DNA from: Trichoplax sp. H2
Taxonomy: Eukaryota
Assembly (NCBI GenBank): GCA_003344405.1
Contig: NOWV01000273.1
Coordinates: 52,357 to 72,356, forward strand
Length of the DNA stretch: 20,000 nucleotides
Reading direction: 5' to 3'
Shown here: in pieces, positions 1 to 11,499 of the stretch
How the letters are laid out: the number at the start of each line of letters is the position of its first letter
Position numbering within the stretch: position 1 is the first letter of the stretch
The notes under the pieces: generated by a model
Database searches by the model: none
Told to the model about the DNA's origin: nothing
What the model saw: the letters and a program-made list of their open reading frames with translations, nothing else
Made by a program: the position numbers and the translations under genes

Positions 1-2085
1 ATTAATTATCTTAAAGTTATTGTTTTATAAGAGTATTAATTAGTTTGCTTTAAGTAGTAAATATAATAGATGTGAATTCTTAGAGCAAGAGCAGGTTATC
101 GATTTGAGATTCCGCACAACATTAGATGTAAATTCGCAAGAGTAGGGTAGAATACTGATAAGAATACGATATGCAATAGTGTTTGTATTATATTAGTATT
201 AAAAGCATATTAACACAGAGCATATAATTATATTTACTAATATTTCGTTTGCGGATATAATCATTACATAATTGATGCAGCTTTGTAATGGTGTAAGTAA
301 GAGATATCTGTTAAGTTTTTTAGTTTTAACAACGTTGGTAATATGACTAGACAATAAACTCGAAATAGGGTTTAGTGTTGAAATTATCATTGTGAATTAT
401 ATTAAAATGTATATTCGAATTTTGAAAGATGGATCTGTAATTCATCGTAATATTTCCTAGACAAGTATAATATCTGCTATTCCTGCGTGTGCTACAATTA
501 CGTAGAAGAACCGATAGATATCCTAGTAAAGCGTTTAGAGATGGAATTAAGACGTGAAATATGATCATTAACCCAATGCAAATAATAGAAAGGCCGTGAA
601 TTCTCTACTGCAAGCATGTTTTAAGGAATATACTATTCGTCATAGTGAAGAGCAATTATTAATAGGATTAAGCATGACTTTCCTCTACGCTAGTAGAATA
701 TTACATGAACAGTTAATCAAGTCTTGATTTTAATGATTGTGCACTGTATTTTTAGATAAGCCAGCTCTGATTAATGGTAATAAACACTGGCCAAATATTC
801 AAACAAGTACGTATGATGCTAATAGGGTATCCTATGCCATTCTGAAAGATTTACGTTCAATTAAACTGCTTCAAATCAATCATTCTAATGTGTAACTAAT
901 AGTATTAGGGGCAAAATCAACCTTTAAAAGCAGACAATAAACAATATCATGCTATTCGATTTTTAAGGCTAAAATCAACAAATTTATTTCTGATTCAAAC
1001 CAACAGCAAATTTCTTGAATTTATCATGTAAACTAGATTTTAAATGTTGACTCAGTGAAGCATAACAGCCTTAATACCACTGTTACACCAACCATAATTC
1101 TTTAATCAGTCAACAAAACTTACTCTTTAGTAAGCAGCATTTACTAGTGGAAAGAGTTGGCACAATTTGTGTTAACTTTCAACTTACTACAATAGCAATT
1201 AGTAGTTTTTAGTTTTTAAGATTTACATTCATTACGTCTGTATGAAAATAGTAACTTTTTATGTTGCCCTTTCCAATATCAATACTTGCATCTTACATAT
1301 TTATCAACTAATTTCTAACATCGATTCTGAAATAACCGCAGTCCTTATGCAAGATAAAACATGCAAATAACTAGCTAGTAACGAGTCTTTAGTGATCAAA
1401 TACAGCAAGCCACTCTTGAACGGGAATTAAAATCAGCAAACACTCTCTACAATTCTAATACGATGCTGGAAACTTAAGCTGTAATAAATTAATCGATCAA
1501 CAGTTATTCAATTATTCATACTAGGAAATACATGCGGATGCATGCTATCAATAATCAGTTCGGATTAATCATGATCCGAGATTTGCTAATCCTAAATTGT
1601 TACTCCAAATTAGCTATATATGCAGGTACAAACGTATCAATAATTGCATAGAGTCAGTTCCGAACAATCATGATCGGAAGTTATTGGCTCTTAACAATTT
1701 TATCAACAATCTTACTATCTAGTTGCAAATATTGAAGGATTCTATGAACGTATGATTACTTAAAGAGAGTAGATGTGAATTCGAAGAGTTTATCTGCGTT
1801 CGCAGATAAAATTGCAAAATCAAATGCGATTTTATCAACAACTACAGACAAATTTTGTGATGCTATAATAACCCATAATCCTAACTTAGAGCCTATTGCG
1901 GCATGTTCAAGTTTGAAAAGTACTTGTGACGATGGTAAAAGCTATAAAACATATCCAATTTTAATGAAAACCAAATGTCGAGAGATAAACATACATATTC
2001 TAATCCGCAATACATGATCTAGTTAGAGACTCCACTACTGTTCAAATTGTAACACGTTCAGTTCAATCGAATTTAACACCAATCA

Positions 2086-2871
2086 CTAACATGGCGGTTC
2101 TCTACTATGATTGTCGATTGTACTACAAAGGGTACTCATCGCTTGCATCTGTTTCTCCATGGACGTTAACATTAAGCGTTGTTGATTTTCGCAGCGTTTC
2201 TCCTGAGTTTCGATCAAACTCTGCTGATTTTCGAGGACAGTGAGCAGCCGGTCATTGTAAATTTTCTGCGAATCGATGATAGAACTGATAACTTTCCTTT
2301 CCACGATGATCCATTGACATTGGTCTTGCAGTTCGGTTTGAAAACGCGAATGCATATGATCATTCCTCTTACGCAAATCTTGAAAAGTTATTAGGGAAGA
2401 GGTCGTAATTCTCGTTGTTGGCGCTTTAGGCCTATTTTGATTGTCAGCTCCTACATCTGCTGAACTACTTTGCCTTTCTGAGGCACCTCCTAGTGTAGAT
2501 CTGTTGGTGCTTTCGCTAGATTGTGAGGTCGATGGTAAGACTTGACTTTGTTCATGTTGGCCGCTGTTTCTTTCGAATCCCTTTAATATCTCGGTTATCA
2601 ATGCATCGCATTCTGATTGATCAAGGTTCAGACGAGATCGATGAACTAATTTTCGATCTTTCTTAGACTTAAATTTCCTCTCCAAGAACCTAAACCTATC
2701 CCTAACCTCTCTAGCATCAACACTAAAATTTGGACAGTCACAAGAATTCAAGATGGAAGCAATGGTTTTCCATGCATTTCCTCTGTCTAACGAATCATCA
2801 CGATATTTCCATGGTTCTGTGAAGTATATCTGTTGTAAAAGAGCAAGGTCGTGCTTTTGACTCCAAATCAT
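2086..2871 (-). CDS. Myb/SANT-like (trihelix/MADF-type) DNA-binding protein with a C-terminal coiled coil, resembling the PIF/Harbinger second ORF; 261 aa from the ATG at 2871
   Basis: The N-terminus MIWSQKHDLALLQQIYFTEPWKY...RGNAWKTIASILN...FSVDAREVRDRFRFLERKFKSK shows the W...W..IA..LN...VRDRF pattern of Myb/SANT-like domains (recognised from memory). It is followed by an S/T-rich linker and a Q/E/L-rich heptad-like tail. The ATG at 2871 has a gccATG context and sits 7 nt after a pyrimidine-rich ...ttacgttAG acceptor-like site (AG at 2880-2879), so ORF-track residues 1-54 (3033-2872) are probably intron or UTR. Confidence 0.8.
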   Translation of the reverse strand: MIWSQKHDLALLQQIYFTEPWKYRDDSLDRGNAWKTIASILNSCDCPNFSVDAREVRDRFRFLERKFKSKKDRKLVHRSRLNLDQSECDALITEILKGFERNSGQHEQSQVLPSTSQSSESTNRSTLGGASERQSSSADVGADNQNRPKAPTTRITTSSLITFQDLRKRNDHMHSRFQTELQDQCQWIIVERKVISSIIDSQKIYNDRLLTVLENQQSLIETQEKRCENQQRLMLTSMEKQMQAMSTLCSTIDNHSREPPC

Positions 2872-5023
2872 GGCTTCCCTAACGTAATAGTAAAGGAATT
2901 CGTTGGAAATAGTAAGTAAAAGGCTTCCATTACTACAAAGATTGACTATATTAGTAGAAATGTGAGGTAATGCCGAAAAACTAAATGGTGTTAATGTGAA
3001 ACCATGGTGTAACGCTACTACAACTGATGACATGGATTAGCTGTGGTTGTATAACGTCAGTGGAAAAAGTGCTTCTGCAAGTTAAAATAGTCTTCGATTA
3101 CCTATTAAAATTGGATACGTTAGGCTAAAGCAGCTACTGTACAGTAAGCGATCAATCATCTCTTCTTCGATGAACTAGAACTTCTATACTGTATCAGTCA
3201 AGGTAACCATGAGGAAATATCGAAAAACTAAATGCTCAATGTTAATAATTCATTCAAGTGACCGGAGCATCGCTAGGATTAAAGTTTCGTCCATCCTAAT
3301 AGAAAAGATGAAAAATATCAGAAAGTTAAAAAATCGCTGTACAAATATGTAGCGCTACTATGACTAATGTGGAAGTTTAGTGTAATAATGACGTTGATAT
3401 ATCGATTGTCAGCACTACTAAAACTGGGAATGCTTATGATACAGACTGCTAGATCACGAACTCCGATTGCTTTAGCTACGAGCATACAGTAAAATAGAAC
3501 TGCGAAAACTATCCATAAGAGAATTCTTTCACTATGCGCTCTCTGCATAGTCTACCGATTGGAAACTTTCCATGTTAAGCTTTTAAATGTGAACGGATAG
3601 AATATTTTGATCGGAAATGCAAAGTCATCTCAATATCCAACACAAGTTTTTTTACCGTCGGCGAGTATTGGAAGGAGAGCATGAGGAATTTTTTACTTCT
3701 TGATCCCATTCCATCTTGGTTAAATAATCTATTCGTATACAGAGCTAAACACGACTACATTGATAGAATCTACTGTAAATTAGACCGTCGAATCGAGCTA
3801 AGCTATTAATTCAATGTTGTGATTGTTACTGGTAACTAACTAGCAGGAATCCAGGAAAGCGGAGTTAGAGTTTAAACTAAAACGATACAGGCCAACCATT
3901 TTACTGATCAGTTACCACTCAGCTATCAGAAGATTATCTGTATGCTTGCCTTAATAGTCGCCTTTTACTTGAAGAATTAATTATTATCCATACTATTTCT
4001 CTAGTGTATCGAAATTCAGCGATTATTACCATGCTGCGAAAATACTAATTTGATCGTTTTAGTAAGGAATCATCGTTACCTGCATGGACTCTTAATTAAG
4101 AATAGATTCTCACTGGACATTTTAGTTTTAGTTTGTGCGATTAAAGTCAAGAGATTGGTTATATTGCAATTTTGAATAGCAGCGCATATGTAGATCGATA
4201 TTTATCTACTTTGCTATTAAAGTGTACGCATAAATTTATAGATCTTGCCGGTAATCTGATTTGCAAAGGTAGGCGACTGTCAGCATATGTATTTAAGTCA
4301 TACTGTAGGCAAATAGTGAGTTATAGGACGATAGCAAGCCTCCATTTGTAACACTGAATGGTAATGGAGAAATCCGAAAATGAACCAATTAGAAAATATT
4401 AATCTTTTTATTACGACAATGATAAACTTTGAATCACAGCACATATCGATAGTATATCCGATTGCTATTTTATCAGATATTGCCTGTAAGTTAGGAAGCG
4501 ATTATTTTCGTAATTAGGATAATAAAAAAATTATCGTAATTCATACTTCATTCCTTTCAAGTTTTAATACTACTGTATCAAATATCAGATAATGTAAGGG
4601 GTTAATTTATTACTATTGTAGGAATACGATAACTGATGATCAATAGAAGTAGAAATTATGATAGTATAGCTTTCTGTTGCATTACTTGATTGGTTAATGC
4701 TTCAAGACCGAATGAAATAACTATAATGGTGTCGTTATTTATTTAACTAGAATACAAAAATAGCAGGTAATACTTCATTCCTCTCTTCTGTCGGAAAGCT
4801 AAAAGTGTTTAATGTCGGGTAACGCTTGAGTTAAAATTAATCTTACTGAATTGGTGTGATAACGTAAAAATAGTAATAAAAGTAATGATCGCATATAGAT
4901 TTCTTTGCATTGCTTCATTAATTACTATCTGAAGGCCTAATTCAATACCTATAATATTATCCTTGGTTAGAAAGTACCTTTGAGCACGATGATAGACCAT
5001 AATTGCAGTGTAGAGAGTAGATT

Positions 5024-5205
5024 GTCGATTCTTGACCATCTCTGTAAAATAAATTCCTCCTGTATCGGTATGTAAGCAAGAAAGGTTTCTGAAGGGAGAA
5101 AAGAACGATGGGGTCGTCGATTTATGACTATTTCTGTAAAAATAAATTCCTACTGGACTTATATGTGAACATAAAAAGCTTTCTAAAGGAGGAAAGAATA
5201 ACGTT
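5024..5205. repeat. Degenerate tandem duplication of about 90 bp
   Basis: GTCGATT...GAC.AT.TCTGTAAAA(A)TAAATTCCT...TTTCT.AAGG...AAAGAA occurs at about 5024-5110 and 5115-5205. Confidence 0.75.
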
Positions 5206-6930
5206 GATGAAAAAAGTTGCATATTAGTAATAATACTATCTTATTCTCCTGCGGTAATAAAAGTCTAAAGAAATATATCCTCAGCATATTTCATACATAA
5301 GTTAAAATCATTTTGATTTAACATTAGCATAAATACATTGATATTATAGGTGCTACTTCATTTTTAGGATGACAGCAGTTAAAAGAAGTACATCTTCTGT
5401 AAATTCCATAAATAACCATAAATCATTACTATTCATAAAGTAGGTTATATTTCAAATATTAATTGGAATAGGTTGATATTGTAAGAGACTATGATTTTAC
5501 AGGATCGTATGAGAGCTGTTCTTCGTCGACATTTTTACTTTTACCGTTATGATGACGAAGTTCTACTACTAGATCTTATCCTAAAACAACTAATTCTGTA
5601 GACTTTGTAGGACTCAGGAAAGTATATTACACCAGCAATGTAACGAATTCCAATCGAGTTCGATTTCACTCACTTTCTTTAAATGCCCTAGCTTTCCCTA
5701 ACGAACAACTGCTAAGCACTACAAGCTCTTTGAATTATTGTTTTTACTTTTTTCAACCCTTGGACCATAATATCCATTGATATCACTCAATTATATTGAA
5801 ACCAGCATTTTTCCACCCAGTAGACGATAATTTTGAATCGAAGAACTGCTCTAATAAAATACCGTACTCTCCTTCTATAATTTTATATTAGGATAGTTTT
5901 GATTGATCTTTTATAGGCACCTGAAGTTCAGTAAAAACTTTGATGGCGATATACAGTCTCTCAGACTTGAACTAGGACTGGATCGGACTGGACTGTGCCG
6001 AGGGCTACTCAGAAGTGAAAATATAATATAATATATATATATCGTATTTAAGCAAGGAGGGTGAAAAGATTCCATATAAAGAAAAAAAATTTCTCTTAGT
6101 CACTATCACATTTACAGGTATTTCATAGCTGATTATGGCAATGTCAGCAAATTAAAACATGCTGAAGAAGTACAGTACTAACGTTGGTAAATTCTTTGAA
6201 TGATTGTCTTGGTTTGTCGTTTCTAATTCAGGATTCCTTTTGGCTATTTCTCTAATGTAGCTATAACAGTAACTGTTGCTCTATTACAAAAAGTCTAACT
6301 TCAATCCGTTAATAATGATTACTAGCATTCGTATAGGCAGCTAGCTAATTAAGATCATATTTCCACTAAGATACCTACTATAGATAATATCGATTAATTA
6401 AACGAGTAAGCTCTTCGGCCATAATTTGCTCGGCTTTATTCATTTTTTAGTGCAAATGTCCAATTTGGACCATACCAGTTACGGTTTGATTTCGATAATA
6501 ATTTCATATCTTTTTATAGGAGTAATCAGTAGCTATCATATAGTCATTTAATTAGCAAATTCATTTAATTTAACCCAAGTAATTAGTTCATTTTATTTTA
6601 TTGGATCGTTGGCTTAGAATTTGATTTGCACCCACCACTTTCAGTCCTGACGGCAAGGCAAGCAAGAATGAAGGTGGATAGATCTTGCATTGAAAGCTAC
6701 TTTGCTGTGTCGAACTTTGTCTAGCGTGATTGACCTTGTGTTGCGATAGAATACAGAACGCAGATTCGATCATCACTGGATTAAATTTGTGTTCAATGAG
6801 CACAATATGTTATGTACGGACAGTCGATCTCTTTCTCAGCTGTTCGTAGCTTAGTAGAACCATGGGCATTTCGACATGGACGACTAGATTCACCTAGATA
6901 CAAGCATAGACTACATCACTTAGCTACACG

Positions 6931-7515
6931 GGGCTCCTACAGTAATAAATCAGCGATGACTGCATCAAAAATGACAAGAGAAGGGCGTAAAGCGATCTTT
7001 GACCGTACCAATAATGTGGAGGCCGATTATCATTTTATTAGCCATTTCTTGCCAAGGGCTGCAGCACTTGCAGGGCTCCTACAGTAATAAAACCAGGAAC
7101 GACTGCATAAAAAATGACAAGAGAAGGACGTAAAGCGATCGTTGACCATACTACAATAATCATGTGGAGGCCGATTATCATTTGATCATTTTATTAGCCC
7201 TTTCTTGCCAAGGACTACAGCACTTGCGGGGCTCCTACAGTAATAAAACTAGGAACGACTGCATCAAAAATGACAAGAGAAGGACATAAAAGCGATCGTT
7301 GACCATACTACAGTAATCATGTGCAGGGCGATTATCATTTTATTAGCCATTTCTTGCCATGGACTACAGCACTTGCTAAACGGAAGTGGGGACTCGTACA
7401 TTAATGAAACCAGGGACGACTGCATAAAAAAATGATAAGAGAAGGACGTAAAGTGATGGTTGACTACCATACTAATAATATGGAGGCCGATTATCGTTTT
7501 ATTGGCCATTTCTTT
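6931..7515. repeat. Tandem array of about 4 copies of a 140-160 bp unit
   Basis: Units begin GGGCTCCTACAGTAATAAA at about 6931, 7073 and 7229, with a variant GGGACTCGTACATTAATGAA at about 7389. Each contains close variants of GACTGCAT.AAAAATGACAAGAGAAGG and GATTATCATTTTATTAGCCATTTCTT. Confidence 0.95.
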
Positions 7516-7687
7516 CTTTCCTTGATGAAGTAGTCCCTGGTAAAACGATCACAGTTTTACAAGGGGGGGGGGGAAGGTAGTAGCCTCTTGGTGTACATTA
7601 TTCTCTATGTTATTATGCTATGTACATTCCTAATTCTGAAATCTGATTCATGTCGTTCTCATAACCTGCTCGGGTTCTACTATTACG

Positions 7688-7894
7688 AAAAGTGTCTAGC
7701 TCTGCGCGATAAAATGGTTCACAAGTTGGCATCCACTAGCCATCCTTCATCATTTCATTACACCTTGAAAGAAAGGTACATGATCTCGTCTGGATATGAC
7801 GAAAGGCTGCGTAGATATATTGTCCAGGTGATGATTGTACTTTCTCGATACCTACTTCTCAATCATTTTATCCTCGCAGCAGCTAGACACTTTT
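7688..7894. repeat. Imperfect long inverted repeat (fold-back)
   Basis: AAAAGTGTCTAGCTCTGCGCGATAAAATGGTT from 7688 matches the reverse complement of 7861-7894 (AAAAGTGTCTAGCTGCTGCGAGGATAAAATGATT). Inner arms 7771-7794 and 7822-7844 also pair imperfectly. Confidence 0.85.
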
Positions 7895-8289
7895 CCCATC
7901 AACACCCACAGCGCAGCATGGTATTGGTTAAGACAGCGAAGATTCCGATAAGATTGGATTCTTTGATTTGCTTTTAACATCGCAATAATCCGACTCTTAA
8001 GCTTTTTAGCCTACCAAGAGATGATTTAATCTGACGAATAGTCACATCGTCGTCGTCAGCATTCTGTTCCTTGCTATCATAGTTTTGTAGTTGCCGTTTG
8101 CTGGTCATCACTACCATTCCTTGCTGCCAGCACTCTTCTACTTGCTCTCGCCATTTTATGACGTGCCGCCAGTTCCTTCATTTTGGACGCAATTTGGTGG
8201 CCGTTGTATCATAGAGTATAGAGTGCACTGGAAGAGAGATTGCACTGTCATCAGATCAATTATATAGTACTAGCAGTTTCCTAGTCAAG

Positions 8290-10676
8290 ATGCTGCCATC
8301 CAACCGTCGTCAAGCAACAAGGATGCAGGGGAAAAAGCAGAAATGCTGCTATCTTGAACAACACCAGCTACTTTATGGATTTCAAGGACAGGAAAGAAAT
8401 GATCAAAGTGGAGAGATCGAGAGAGCGGTGTGCCTGTTTTGCCTTCATTTTGGAAGAGAAAATGGGTCGAAAAAATTGCCAGCGTGTAAGAGGAAAAATG
8501 AAAACCCTTTCACAACCACAGCATTTGATAGTCATCATTACTTGCAGCATCTAACGAGTGATCACCCCATACGTTGGTCACAATTTGAAAAAGCCAGCGA
8601 TAAAGAAAAATATACTTTCTTCGGTCAAGCTCAACCAGCGGAAAATTCGCAAAGGATAAAACGACTGGATGGGCGGTAAGAACAATTTTGACAATTAATC
8701 TACTGTCGTTGATAGAGCTAGAAAGCGTGTAAGAGTGATTGGATCATGTTGTTGAATGTCTTAGAACACAAGTGCCGTTGAGAATTACCTTTAGTAAAGC
8801 AGTCATTCAAGACATTATGATTGATTTAATTTTAAATGATACCATCCATGGAGAGCATTTAGACAGCAAAGTGGAACCTTTTAAAATCTATGCTGCAGAT
8901 GGAAAAAAACAGGATTGTAAATATGGTGCGGTCATCAGGAATCCATTTCAATTAACATTTTTCCCGAGCTATTTGAAAAGTCTACTGTCCTTCAATCAGA
9001 TAGCAGATGTAAGACTAGACATCGTCTACCATAGCCAGCTAGACTAACATTCTACTCGATTGATTGGCAACAACTGCCTGATTGATTCATGTTCTATTCT
9101 CTAGGTATTGACGGCAACAACTCAAATTACCGGCTATCAATCCATCGGCCATTGCAGCAAGGAAAAAGTCCCCATACTTGCTCGTGTGATTTGTGCACAT
9201 AGTCTACAAATGCTTTCGTCCATCATTTCCAAGTCATGGGCATTTACAATTTGTCTCGATGTATCTAATATAATTTATCGTGCTACCAAAGCTTCTTACT
9301 TGGAGATTTTATTGCGTTGTTACGTTGAAGGTTCTATACGCTCTTTTCACATCATGTTTATAGCTAAAGATGGAAATAAAGGCACTGGACTCATTTATGA
9401 AATGATTCTTAAATTATTCAACGCCTTATGCCCACACTGGCGGTATACCCTAATGAATGTCGTCCATGAAAGCAGAAAAAAGTCAGCCAATAACCTAAGT
9501 CGTCTTATGGAACGTATTTTGCTGGAAAGCAAAAGAAAACCTTTCAAAGTTTGGCGTTGCCCCCATCTCTTTAATCAATTCATAGCGGAATACCTTCGTA
9601 ATGGTGTTAGCCAAAGTTTCTATAACGATTTTAAAGCACTTCTTCGTTATTTACAGGACAATAACCAACTACCAGCCATAGATGAAATAGAAAGCAATCC
9701 TTCTGAATTATCCGATAAAACTTGGAAAAACTTCAAGCAATCCATGATCGTCTTCAGTCAACACCAGTCCTCCATTTTGCAATACCTACAAGAAAAAAAG
9801 CCATCTTGTGCTCCTACCAGTAATTGGTGGATTTTATACTTTGTCCTTCATCATGTAATCACCTTAGCTGGTCAAACTTATGATAATCTGGCAGGAATCA
9901 GTGTTACTACTGCACAACAAGAAGACTATCTTGAGCAATTACTGGCTTCATATCGAAAAGATTTTCAAGTTCTTGGGCCATTAACCGAAGCTGATCGCCA
10001 ACAACTTGATCTTTCCAAGTATGCTTTCTCTACCGATAGTCAGTATGCTACGAGTTTAGAACATGCCTTTGAATTCGTTAAAGAAGTAAACGTTATAACT
10101 ATTGATCATTTACAACATATTCCAGTCAATGAAAGAAAAGATTTAATTATGAGTATAGCCGTTATTGGAACTGCTGCTGTACAATGTATTTCCGATCTTA
10201 TTTCTAGTCCTAATGAGAAAAAAAATATCGATTTTGATGCGCGCCTTCTTTTACTGCCCCATCAACTGGTTAAACTTACGGCTAACGAATTTAGCGTTAT
10301 TATTCGATCTCAGTATGATAGCTTACGATATGGCTTTACTGATCATGAAATTAATGAAATTGAGCAAGACCATCAGCAACTTTTATTAGCCAACAAGTTA
10401 GAACCAACATTGAAAATGGCGCTTGCAGAGTGTAATCATTCAACATCATTCAGCGATTGCTGGCGTACTGTTAACGGTAGATTTCTTTCCTTGCAGCGTT
10501 TTGCTGGTGAGATGGCTACTGCTTACTATGTAGCAACTGCTATTGAAGAAAGTCCGTTATCTGTTGGTAGTGCTGAGAAAGTTTGCAATCATACCGATTC
10601 TCTATTTTATTGGGAAGCTGTCATGCATTCGAAGCAATATAAGTATTTGCAGATAGTCGTTGAGGATTACTTGTAA
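8290..10676 (+). CDS. hAT-like transposase-derived protein, paralogue A; exons 8290-8675, 8765-9008, 9105-10676; 733 aa
   Basis: Three ORFs join in frame through GT-AG introns 8676-8764 (phase 2, CG|gtaaga...cttag|A) and 9009-9104 (phase 0, GAT|gtaaga...ctctag|GTA). The spliced length is 2202 nt with no stops. The protein has an N-terminal CLFC...HLTSDH zinc finger, an RNase H-like strand WAFTICLDVS...SYLEILLR, a WRCPH motif and a C-terminal hAT-dimerisation-like block (CWRTVNGRFLSLQRFAGEMATAYYVATAIEES...EAVMHSKQY). It is collinear with paralogue B. An alternative start is the ATG at 8323. Confidence 0.8.
8676..8764 (+). other. Intron 1 of paralogue A (89 nt, phase 2)
   Basis: Donor GTAAGA at 8676 and acceptor TTAG ending at 8764. 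This is the first frame-preserving AG after the in-frame TGA at 8736-8738. It gives R-T-Q-V-P, aligning with S-R-E-V-P in B. Confidence 0.75.
9009..9104 (+). other. Intron 2 of paralogue A (96 nt, phase 0)
   Basis: Donor GTAAGA and acceptor ttctattctctAG; same position as intron 2 in B, directly after LSFxQIxx. Confidence 0.85.
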
Positions 10677-11499
10677 ACTATCCGTTGGTTGTGCCATTAG
10701 AATTACATAACCTGATAAATTGTTTTATTTTTATGATGTCAGATAACCATATTATTAGTTGACACACATACTAAGTACTACGTCAGTTTAAAATAGAAAC
10801 GATAAAAAATGATTTGCCATCAGGAAATCGATGATAGAGATTTAGAATAGTGCGCACTGCAACTGGTAAATTATTGATGCTTCCTTAGATTGCTGTCACT
10901 TTGTAGCAGCATGATATATCCATGTGGCATTTACATTAGCTTTTACACATCCTATTATCTCATATTGATCGTCCTGTAAATTTGAAATATGGCGCCGCAT
11001 TAATGCAACCAATGGCATACCTAGCAACCATCTTCATTTACAAGCTAAAATAAAGTTGAATATAACTAAGTCTGATTTTTTTTAGGCAGGACGAACTACT
11101 GTTTAAGGCGATAATTTGCGTATGAATTCTTTACATTGTGCGCTGTATTTGAATTCATTTTATGCCATTGTGTTCAAAGTTTGCGATGTGATCCTGTATT
11201 AATGCAGCCATATCAATTTAAAGGTTAAAATAATCTTGAACGGCTAAGAGCCATACCACTAGATGGGGCGAGCAACTATATAACAGGATAATTGGGGTAT
11301 GTATTGTCTTGCTGCTCTGAGACTAATTTTCTCGTATTCTATTTTTATAATCAATGTATCTCAGGTTGATGTTTAGAAGCTAATATAAAGGTGAACAGGT
11401 AACGGAACTAAGCGCCACTGCCAAGTGGAACGAGCTACAACATAACAGGTCTATATGCGTATAAATTGTAGAATAAAACTTTGCATCCACGCTGCATTT

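Noticed and set aside
100..568. Short hydrophobic minus-strand ORFs (63 and 73 aa) as a possible membrane-protein or GPCR pseudogene
   Set aside because: No recognisable motif; I/L/N/F richness is expected from AT-rich DNA.
2872..3033. N-terminal 54 aa extension of the 315 aa ORF
   Set aside because: It precedes the domain start, has intron-like composition and ends in an acceptor-like AG. The ATG at 2871 is the better start.
4809..5222. 137 aa minus-strand ORF
   Set aside because: It overlaps a ~90 bp duplication that explains its internal repeat (GIYF twice), and shows no domain signature.
5962..6042. GGACT-like pentamer run and TA-rich microsatellite (similar TA runs at about 12918-12950 and 16526-16537)
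   Set aside because: Ordinary low-complexity sequence.
6812..7509. ORFs of 91 aa (+) and 81 aa (-), and a possible CRISPR reading of the array
   Set aside because: The ORFs are by-products of the tandem repeat. The units are contiguous ~150 bp repeats with no unique spacers, and no cas genes are present.
7588..7977. 129 aa ORF upstream of paralogue A
   Set aside because: Non-ATG start, no counterpart upstream of paralogue B, and it coincides with the inverted repeat.
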